Shown in pieces: positions 26,628 through 32,959 of a stretch of DNA of 64,000 nucleotides. A program made the position numbers and the translations under genes. The notes under the pieces were generated by a model that was not told the origin of the DNA, made no database searches, and saw only the letters and a list, made by a program, of their open reading frames with translations. This DNA is from a virus. The stretch lies in the IMG/VR virus record IMGVR_UViG_3300023296_001674. One strand, 5' to 3'. Every line of letters starts with the position of its first letter. Positions within the stretch are counted from its first letter, which is position 1.

Positions 26628-26674
26628 TTGCGCCTTTTTTTGTTTCGTGGTATAAAATCCGTAGGGGGGGATGA
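26628..26674 (+). promoter_or_regulatory. AGGGAGGGATGA-class promoter, copy I (variant AGGGGGGGATGA)
   Basis: TTGCGC 26628-26633 (in the terminator arm), 17 nt, TATAAA 26651-26656, 6 nt, 12-mer 26663-26674. Confidence 0.45.
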
Positions 26675-26712
26675 GCCGATTTTATCATCAAAATTTATTT
26701 TAATAATAGTGC

Positions 26713-26772
26713 ATTTAGGGGGTTGACTCATCTGATGCCTACCTTTATAACTACAAATAGAAACCAACCACA
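26713..26772 (+). repeat. 60-bp direct repeat (promoter plus UTR cassette), copy 2
   Basis: Identical to 26218-26277. TTGACT 26723-26728 / TATAAC 26746-26751. Confidence 0.9.
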
Positions 26773-26790
26773 ACCCCGAAGGAACTTATC

Positions 26791-27168
26791 ATGCAAAAAG
26801 TAATCGCCCACATCGAAGCAATCAACGCAGCAACCGGCAGCACTTGGGTTTTGAACGCGGATCATTGGGCTGGCTACGAAATAACCACACCCGAAGCGTT
26901 TGATCGTTATGTGCTTACCACAAGCATTTGGGATGCATACAAATATGGCTTGGGCTTTAAGCCACACGGCATGATGATGGAAGCAATGAGCATGGAACAG
27001 TTGGAACGCGAACTGGAAAGCGTTCGCGCTTCAATCGATGCGAACGCCGAACACGAAGCCGAACGGGAACGGGTGAACAATTTCACTTGGCAAGAACATC
27101 TTGCTTGCGCCAACATGCCAGCAATGGCAAACGACTCCCCCTTCGCAGTGTTGCAGGGGGTGCGATAA
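26791..27168 (+). CDS. Hypothetical protein
   Basis: ORF track; RBS GAAGGAA. Confidence 0.7.
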   Translation: MQKVIAHIEAINAATGSTWVLNADHWAGYEITTPEAFDRYVLTTSIWDAYKYGLGFKPHGMMMEAMSMEQLERELESVRASIDANAEHEAERERVNNFTWQEHLACANMPAMANDSPFAVLQGVR

Positions 27169-27182
27169 CCAACCGAAAGGGG

Positions 27183-27205
27183 CGGGGGATTTTCCCCCGT
27201 TTTTT
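27183..27205. terminator. Terminator hairpin
   Basis: cggggga-ttt-tcccccg, then T6. Confidence 0.7.
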
Positions 27206-27229
27206 CGCGCCAGCAATTCCAAAAAAAAG

Positions 27230-27277
27230 ACATCCCTCCCTATGGTGATATTAGCACTATTGCCCAAACAGAGTCAA
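27230..27277 (-). promoter_or_regulatory. AGGGAGGGATGA-class promoter, copy J (variant AGGGAGGGATGT)
   Basis: Minus strand: TTGACT (27277-27272), 18 nt, TAATAT (27253-27248), 6 nt, 12-mer 27241-27230. Confidence 0.55.
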
Positions 27278-27431
27278 CACTTATTTTCGCCCCCAAATTT
27301 CAGGCATCACCCAATCTTACCACGTTTTCGAATTACAAGTCAACCCCCTATTTTAATTCATTTAAGGGGTTGACTCTGTTTGGGTTGGGTAGTAATATCC
27401 CTTTATCAACTTAACAAAAGGAAACAAACAC

Positions 27432-27821
27432 ATGGATTCATTAAACGTTTTTGCGGATTCGAAAGTTGGCGATGGTGCAACGATCAATATGTATAGCGAT
27501 TCAAAGGCTTGCACGATTGTGGCGATTAGTGATAAGCGTATCACGGTTCAATATGACGATGTTAAATTGTTGAACGGTGCGAAATCTGGCGAACCCGATG
27601 CACTGGTTTTTGATGTAGGCGGATTTTCCGCACACTGTTCAGGTCGCCAGCGTTGGGAAACAACACCAAACCCCGAAGGCGGCAAGGTGACTTATTCCCT
27701 GCGCAAGTGGAACGACTACAAAAATGAACCAGTTATGCGGTGGGCACCAGTTGGCAGCAAACGCCACGAAGGTTCAGGCTTAACCGAAGGAAGGCATCAC
27801 CACTACGATTTCAATTTCTAG
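27432..27821 (+). CDS. Hypothetical protein
   Basis: ORF track. Promoter TTGACT 27370-27375 / TAATAT 27393-27398. Confidence 0.75.
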   Translation: MDSLNVFADSKVGDGATINMYSDSKACTIVAISDKRITVQYDDVKLLNGAKSGEPDALVFDVGGFSAHCSGRQRWETTPNPEGGKVTYSLRKWNDYKNEPVMRWAPVGSKRHEGSGLTEGRHHHYDFNF

Positions 27822-27836
27822 GCACAAGGAAAAAGG

Positions 27837-27870
27837 AGAGTCAAGAGAAATCTTGACTTTTCTTTTTTTA
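27837..27870. terminator. Bidirectional terminator carrying TTGACT in its arm
   Basis: agtcaaga-gaaa-tcttgact (27839-27858), then a T-rich run. Confidence 0.75.
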
Positions 27871-27893
27871 TTTTTTCCGCCGCCAAAAAAAGG

Positions 27894-27939
27894 TCATCCC
27901 TCCCTACCACCATAATACACTATTCGAACAACGAGTCAA
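27894..27939 (-). promoter_or_regulatory. AGGGAGGGATGA-class promoter, copy K
   Basis: Minus strand: TTGACT (27939-27934), 16 nt, TATTAT (27917-27912), 6 nt, 12-mer 27905-27894. Confidence 0.6.
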
Positions 27940-27947
27940 GACTATAA

Positions 27948-28074
27948 ACGGGGAACCACGAATGATTCCCCGTTTTCTTTTCTATAATGGCTTGGCTTGC
28001 CGTGTCGCCAGACGATTAGATCATGATGTCAAATCCTTCCGTTAATTTTTATCCGGTGTTTGAACTTACTCTCT
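27948..28074 (-). ncRNA. Candidate ~125-nt small RNA, with similarity to the homing-endonuclease leader
   Basis: Minus promoter AAGTGTTGACA (28107-28102), 16 nt, TATTAT (28085-28080). Terminator acggggaa/ttccccgt (27948-27973). Contains ACACCGGA...CGGAAGGAUUUGACAUCAUGAUCUAA, a two-codon ORF. Confidence 0.4.
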
Positions 28075-28180
28075 ACACCATAATACATTAAACAAAATAG
28101 ATGTCAACACTTATTTTAGGGGTTGACACTAACAATCGAAACCGCTATAACTGTATCAACTTAACCAAAAGGAACACCCA

Positions 28181-28390
28181 ATGTCAAACCAAGCATTTGT
28201 AGTTTATAACGGCAAAATCACAGTCAAGACTGAGATTTACGACGGCGGTTTATATTTCGCCGACACCGTGAAAGAAGTGACACAACGCTTGCGCGATTGC
28301 GAGACGTTGGTTGTTAAATCTGGCAGTGAACGCGACCTTAAGAAAATCGTCACCGTCGCCGACCTTTTCACAAACAATCCCCAAGGATAA
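28181..28390 (+). CDS. Hypothetical protein
   Basis: ORF track. Promoter TTGACA 28123-28128 / TATAAC 28146-28151. Confidence 0.7.
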   Translation: MSNQAFVVYNGKITVKTEIYDGGLYFADTVKEVTQRLRDCETLVVKSGSERDLKKIVTVADLFTNNPQG

Positions 28391-28394
28391 GACA

Positions 28395-28889
28395 ATGTCA
28401 AATCCCAAACACATAAACGATTTTTGCAAAGAACTTCGCGCACTTATGGAAAAGCACGGAATTGATTCATTAGGTGTCGAAATTGAGGGCGACACACACG
28501 GCATAAGTGAACAATTCGTTATCGATGATAATCAAAATAAAACACACGTGATCGACGGATTTTCAAGTTATTTGGATAAATCAGATTTGCGTGATTATAT
28601 CGAAGTAACCAGCGAATTATTGAAACGCGACGACGTTCAATTTGTTATCAACGATTTGCAAGATGATGGAGAAGAAAGTTCCGCTAAACTTTTTGAAGAC
28701 TATATCATCAAAGCGGAAAACAACGGCTTAAACATCGACCAAGCATTCCAAGGCACTATCGCACTAAGGGAAGCAATGAATATTATGGGAAGTTATTTCG
28801 ACGCCCTGAATACTAATAATCTTGTTTTTGTTAATCAAATCAATGCGATTGATTCAGCAATGCTACATTATAAAGATAGTTTAAAATAA
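28395..28889 (+). CDS. Hypothetical protein
   Basis: Track ORF 28311-28889 trimmed to ATG 28395 after AAGGA. Confidence 0.7.
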   Translation: MSNPKHINDFCKELRALMEKHGIDSLGVEIEGDTHGISEQFVIDDNQNKTHVIDGFSSYLDKSDLRDYIEVTSELLKRDDVQFVINDLQDDGEESSAKLFEDYIIKAENNGLNIDQAFQGTIALREAMNIMGSYFDALNTNNLVFVNQINAIDSAMLHYKDSLK

Positions 28890-28950
28890 CCGTTGACACT
28901 GGTACATGAAACCGATATAACTGTATCAACTTAACCAAAAGGATCATATC

Positions 28951-29310
28951 ATGGAAACAATATCGCGGTTTTATGCGCACGCTGGCAAAATTGCCATAAC
29001 GATTGGCGCGGGTGATACTACATATATCACCACAGACCAAGCCGAAATGATCGGCGCTAAATTATCTGAACTTGCCAGTCAAGTGAAAAACGGCAATCAT
29101 TCGACTACGGTTGAAGTTCCCGCAACTGAAGAACAAATGAAACGGATGCGTGAGGATGCGCCCGAAATTTATAAAATCATTCGTTGTTATCGCAATGGCA
29201 ATAGCCCCCGCACAATTGCACGTAGTGTAACGATTTTCGAAGCGCAAGAACATTGTAGCGATCCATCAACCTCAAACACCAAATATTTTGATGGATATGA
29301 GTTGAAATAG
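28951..29310 (+). CDS. Hypothetical protein
   Basis: ORF track. Promoter TTGACA 28893-28898 / TATAAC 28916-28921. Confidence 0.7.
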   Translation: METISRFYAHAGKIAITIGAGDTTYITTDQAEMIGAKLSELASQVKNGNHSTTVEVPATEEQMKRMREDAPEIYKIIRCYRNGNSPRTIARSVTIFEAQEHCSDPSTSNTKYFDGYELK

Positions 29311-29313
29311 GTC

Positions 29314-29353
29314 TTGACTCTGGTGTAGTTAGTTCGTATATTAACTACACCAG
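29314..29353 (+). promoter_or_regulatory. Stem-loop promoter (second copy of the 21515 cassette)
   Basis: TTGACT 29314-29319, TATATT 29337-29342. Arms 29320-29331 and 29342-29353. Confidence 0.7.
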
Positions 29354-29370
29354 AACAAAGGAACAAACAA

Positions 29371-29511
29371 ATGTCAAACGCTGAAATGTATCTCGATTGG
29401 GTTAACAATTTTTTAACTGTTGCACGGTTCGCCGAATATTACAATATCTCCGAGACCGAAGCTCTTGCCGTGATCGAAAAAGGTCGCATCGACCACCACG
29501 CAAATCTGTAA
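29371..29511 (+). CDS. Small hypothetical protein (46 aa)
   Basis: Not in the ORF track. AAAGGAA RBS. MSNAEMYLDWVNNFLTVARFAEYYNISETEALAVIEKGRIDHHANL. Confidence 0.6.
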   Translation: MSNAEMYLDWVNNFLTVARFAEYYNISETEALAVIEKGRIDHHANL

Positions 29512-29529
29512 ACAACGAAAGACAAACCC

Positions 29530-29829
29530 ATGCAAGTCACAACCGAACAACTCGAAACTTTCCTAACTAAAGCGCAAGCACATGTAAACGCTGATTACAG
29601 CACTAACTTTGAAGGCGATGCGCCAACACTTTCGATTGACCCAATGACCGAACGATCTAAGTACGCCAAAATCGTGAAAGATACCGGTCAACGTTCATTG
29701 TGGGGTTTCGTTGAACTATCAACCGGCAATCTGTTGACAGGCAGTTGGAAAGCACCACGCAAATCAAAATCAACATGCGGTCATATTGACGAGCCATTCT
29801 TACCACGGACTCGCTGGATGAGTGTATAA
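29530..29829 (+). CDS. Hypothetical protein
   Basis: ORF track. Confidence 0.7.
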   Translation: MQVTTEQLETFLTKAQAHVNADYSTNFEGDAPTLSIDPMTERSKYAKIVKDTGQRSLWGFVELSTGNLLTGSWKAPRKSKSTCGHIDEPFLPRTRWMSV

Positions 29830-29895
29830 TAAACCCTTGACTCTGATTCAGTTATTCTTTATAACTGAATAATCAGAACAACGAAAGAAAATCCA

Positions 29896-30072
29896 ATGGT
29901 AGGCAAACTTAATTTTCGTGTATTCCAAGATGGCAAACAACACATTGTTTCCGCACGTAGCATCGTGGTTCGTTTTGAACAAGGTGCATTCATATCAGCT
30001 AACATAAGACAAGATAGTGCCGAATATCTTGAAGCATGTGAAGCAATGGTTAAACATGATATGGGCGAATGA
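29896..30072 (+). CDS. Small hypothetical protein (58 aa)
   Basis: Not in the ORF track. Promoter TTGACT 29837-29842 / TATAAC 29860-29865. MVGKLNFRVFQDGKQHIV... Confidence 0.6.
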   Translation: MVGKLNFRVFQDGKQHIVSARSIVVRFEQGAFISANIRQDSAEYLEACEAMVKHDMGE

Positions 30073-30073
30073 T

Positions 30074-30253
30074 ATGACTGAAATTGCACAAGGCACTGAA
30101 GTCAAATTAAAATTCATTAACGGCGAAAATCGTTATGGCGCACTTATGGATAATCGAAAAAAACATTTGATTTATCGCCCCGTTGATGGTATCAATACCA
30201 TTGTTTTTCATAAAGACTTGAAAAGTGTTGCACCCGTATATATTCCATCTTAA
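30074..30253 (+). CDS. Small hypothetical protein (59 aa)
   Basis: Track ORF 30017-30253 trimmed to ATG 30074, directly after the previous stop. Confidence 0.6.
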   Translation: MTEIAQGTEVKLKFINGENRYGALMDNRKKHLIYRPVDGINTIVFHKDLKSVAPVYIPS

Positions 30254-30282
30254 TAAAAACAACAGCCGGAGTCACTTAGGTG

Positions 30283-30328
30283 TTGACTCCGGCATTTTTC
30301 CTGCTAATATACTATCAGGGAGGGATGA
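30283..30328 (+). promoter_or_regulatory. AGGGAGGGATGA-class promoter, copy L
   Basis: TTGACT 30283-30288 (inside the right arm of terminator hairpin ccggagtca/tgactccgg, 30266-30292), 16 nt, TAATAT 30305-30310, 6 nt, 12-mer 30317-30328. Confidence 0.6.
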
Positions 30329-30444
30329 GTAAAATTCGCCCCGAAAAAAACTTTCATTTTATTTCATTTAAGGGGTTGACTCTGATCGGGTTGGGTAGTA
30401 ATATCACTACATCAAAACAAACCAACAACCCAAGGAACAAAACC

Positions 30445-31029
30445 ATGGCAACCGATAAAAATGGCTTAACACTTTCAAACGCTTCTGATTCTGGTTATAA
30501 ATTTGTAACTACTTTGTTTGAAGGACCGCTGGCTGGAAAGTTCGTCGCCTTCGCGGATGTTAAAACCGCCGAATTGCAACGCCTGAACAAATCTCACGCG
30601 CACGGAATAAACGGTTTCTTTGGATTCAAAAACGTTGTTCCGTTGGGCGTTTTCGATGATGTGCGCGACGCCGCATACGTTGGACAAACATTCCACGCAG
30701 GGAACGCAGATGACCGCGACGACAACCTTGCCGAATTATACGCTGGCAATGAGTCAGTTATCCCTAAATCATTGACCGATTGGGATAATCCCGCCGATGT
30801 TACTTCAATGAAAAAAGCCGCAACCCGCGCAAAAACCCGACGCATGGGTAAAACATTCGATGCAAAAAAAGCCGAGACCGCAATCGATAAGTTTGCCAAC
30901 AATTTCAAATCATACAAAATCGGTAACATGGATGTCCGCGTAATCTTGGAACGCATGAAAGAACTGTTTGATAACGGAACAAGCTTAACCCTTTCCGCCG
31001 AAACCGTTTGCTCCGATTACCAGCGATAA
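30445..31029 (+). CDS. Hypothetical protein, possible AP2-like DNA-binding domain
   Basis: Track ORF trimmed to ATG 30445 after AAGGAA. SGYKFV...GKFVAF...LGVFDDVRDAAYV resembles the AP2/HNH-associated fold, recalled by eye only. Confidence 0.6.
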   Translation: MATDKNGLTLSNASDSGYKFVTTLFEGPLAGKFVAFADVKTAELQRLNKSHAHGINGFFGFKNVVPLGVFDDVRDAAYVGQTFHAGNADDRDDNLAELYAGNESVIPKSLTDWDNPADVTSMKKAATRAKTRRMGKTFDAKKAETAIDKFANNFKSYKIGNMDVRVILERMKELFDNGTSLTLSAETVCSDYQR

Positions 31030-31032
31030 CCC

Positions 31033-31073
31033 TTGACTCTGGTGTAATTGATAAGTATAATTGATTACACCAG
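31033..31073 (+). promoter_or_regulatory. Stem-loop promoter
   Basis: TTGACT 31033-31038, 17 nt, TATAAT 31056-31061. Arms ctggtgtaat 31039-31048 and attacaccag 31064-31073. Confidence 0.7.
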
Positions 31074-31090
31074 AACAAAAGGAATTTAAC

Positions 31091-31363
31091 ATGGATAAAC
31101 GCGATGTGATTGTAATTTGCGTTGGCAGTGCCGCCGATGATATACGCGCACTTAATCACGCAACAAACTCCGCAGTTCTAGTCGTTGAAGATAAACCCGC
31201 AATTCACGAAATGGCATTGATGGATGATATATTTTTAACCGATGAAGCAAAAGATATGTTTGTGCTTGAATTAATCGAAGACGCGTTGCCAAAGAATTTT
31301 CTAAGTGAACCAAAACCCCGAAAGGCTTGGAAAAACGAATTCGAAAATCTAGGTCGTAAATAA
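31091..31363 (+). CDS. Hypothetical protein
   Basis: Track ORF trimmed to ATG 31091 after AAAGGAA. Confidence 0.7.
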   Translation: MDKRDVIVICVGSAADDIRALNHATNSAVLVVEDKPAIHEMALMDDIFLTDEAKDMFVLELIEDALPKNFLSEPKPRKAWKNEFENLGRK

Positions 31364-31386
31364 ATCAAAACCAGAGTCACTTAGGT

Positions 31387-31432
31387 GTTGACTCTGGATT
31401 TCTTTCTGCTATTATACTGTCAGGGAGGGATG
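31387..31432 (+). promoter_or_regulatory. AGGGAGGGATGA-class promoter, copy M
   Basis: TTGACT 31387-31392 (in the right arm of hairpin ccagagtca/tgactctgg, 31371-31396), 16 nt, TATTAT 31409-31414, 6 nt, 12-mer 31421-31432. Confidence 0.6.
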
Positions 31433-31455
31433 ACTTTATTTTATTCCCGCACTTA

Positions 31456-31557
31456 TAATAAAAGCCAGACTCGCGTCTGACCTTTATCCTTTCTTTCTAT
31501 CCGGTTTATGTCCGCCACGTCGGGTCGGAACTATGTATCGCCGAACGCGTCGGCTAG
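31456..31557 (-). ncRNA. Candidate ~100-nt RNA convergent with the copy M transcript
   Basis: Minus promoter TTGACA (31591-31586), 16 nt, TATTAT (31569-31564). Terminator GGUCAGAC-GCGA-GUCUGGCU (31482-31463) plus a U-rich run. Confidence 0.35.
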
Positions 31558-31672
31558 ATTTATATAATACCACAACAACCAAACATGTCAACAAAAAAGA
31601 TTCAATAATAACACTTGACTCCGTTTGGGTTGGGTGTATACTATCCATAGATTGAAACAAAGGATTAATCAA

Positions 31673-32593
31673 ATGGCAAAAGCAACCCGCACCAAAATCG
31701 ATCATGAGCAACAAATCACTAACGCTATTGTCGCCCACGTTGAAGGGTATATCGCCGCCGAGGCTACAGGCGAAGAGATCGCACGTTGGGAAAGCCCCTT
31801 CGGAAAATTCTTCCGTGAAGGCCATTTTTGCGCCGCAACCGATAACCAGTATAAAGGCTGGACTAACAATTTTTTCCTTACACTTATGGCGCACGCAAGC
31901 GGATTCAATTCCGATGCATGGGGAACATTCAAGCAATGGAAAAGCATGGGAACGGATGAAACACCCGTATCTGTTAAGCATGGTCAAAAAGGTTCCGCTT
32001 GGATTGCTTTTCCATATATCAACAAAGATAAAGTAACCGGCGACGACACCGTAACCGGATTCGGATATCGCGCCGTATTCAATGCCGATCAAATCGAAGG
32101 ATATACGCCCGAGGTTGTTGAACTACCAGAGTCGCAGGTTGTGCAACATGCCAAAGCTGAAACATTCTTGAAAAATCTGGACGTAACATTCCAGCATATC
32201 GGAAACCGCGCTTTCTATAGCCCTGCTAGTGATGCAATCAGCATGCCCCCAGAAGGCGCGTTTAAGGCGACTGAATACAGTACCGCAACCGAAGGCTACT
32301 ATGGCACCAAGTTTCATGAATACGCCCACGCAACCCTGCACGCTAGCCGGTGCAATCGCGAACAAGGCGCGGATAAAGCTTCATACGCTTTCGAAGAGTT
32401 GGTCGCCGAATTGACCTCGACTATCCTATGTTCGCGCTTTGGTATATCCGCACAACCACGCGAAGACCACGCTAAGTATATACATTCATGGTTGAAAGCA
32501 CTGAAAAGCGACAAGACCATGATTATGAAGGCAATGAAGAAAGCAAGCCAAGCAATCGCTTGGATGGATAAAAAGCAACCAACATCAAAATAA
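31673..32593 (+). CDS. ardC: ArdC-like protein: N-terminal ssDNA-binding (DUF1738-like) domain plus C-terminal zincin metalloprotease
   Basis: Trimmed to ATG 31673. YKGWTNNFFL...WGTFKQW, HEYAHATLH (HExxH), YAFEELVAELTSTILCSRFGI, AKYIHSWLKALKSD. Promoter TTGACT 31615-31620 / TATACT 31637-31642. Confidence 0.8.
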   Translation: MAKATRTKIDHEQQITNAIVAHVEGYIAAEATGEEIARWESPFGKFFREGHFCAATDNQYKGWTNNFFLTLMAHASGFNSDAWGTFKQWKSMGTDETPVSVKHGQKGSAWIAFPYINKDKVTGDDTVTGFGYRAVFNADQIEGYTPEVVELPESQVVQHAKAETFLKNLDVTFQHIGNRAFYSPASDAISMPPEGAFKATEYSTATEGYYGTKFHEYAHATLHASRCNREQGADKASYAFEELVAELTSTILCSRFGISAQPREDHAKYIHSWLKALKSDKTMIMKAMKKASQAIAWMDKKQPTSK

Positions 32594-32597
32594 AAGG

Positions 32598-32636
32598 TTG
32601 ACAGTAAGGATATGATATCGTATTATATCCTTACTG
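32598..32636 (+). promoter_or_regulatory. Stem-loop promoter (12-bp perfect arms)
   Basis: TTGACA 32598-32603, 17 nt, TATTAT 32621-32626. Arms cagtaaggatat 32602-32613 and atatccttactg 32625-32636. Confidence 0.7.
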
Positions 32637-32654
32637 AAACGAAAGGAACACACA

Positions 32655-32756
32655 ATGACACACGGTAACGGCAAGATCAGGCGATTCGCAGGCAATCTAG
32701 GGGCGCTAATGCTGGCAGCGCTGGCAGGCTACGCGACGCTGGTGGTCCTAGCATAA
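32655..32756 (+). CDS. Small membrane peptide (33 aa)
   Basis: Not in the ORF track. AAAGGAA RBS. MTHGNGKIRRFAGNLGALMLAALAGYATLVVLA. Confidence 0.5.
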   Translation: MTHGNGKIRRFAGNLGALMLAALAGYATLVVLA

Positions 32757-32959
32757 CGCCAGAACCGAGTCAAGCACTTATTTCACGGTGTTGCACTTAT
32801 GACACAGTCAAGTCTTTTATTATAAAATAAAAATAAAAAAAGACTTGACATTCGAAAAAAAGAGTGCTCGTGCAGTGTTTTGAAGTTTTTTATTTAATGG
32901 ATACCTTACCCTTAGCTCGAAATACGCCAAAATTTTTCAGGCTAAATCGGAACTCTGGC

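Noticed and set aside
30280-30444. Upstream extension of the 30445 gene offered by the ORF track
   Set aside because: The extension runs through a terminator hairpin, an AGGGAGGGATGA promoter and a second promoter. The ATG at 30445 has the standard AAGGAA RBS. The in-frame link to the micro-ORF is noted in the findings but treated as coincidence.
14093-32640. Regularly recurring ~40-60 bp conserved cassettes, considered as a CRISPR-like array
   Set aside because: The repeats are promoters with -35/-10 boxes. The spacers are 200-900 bp protein-coding genes of irregular length. No cas genes are present.
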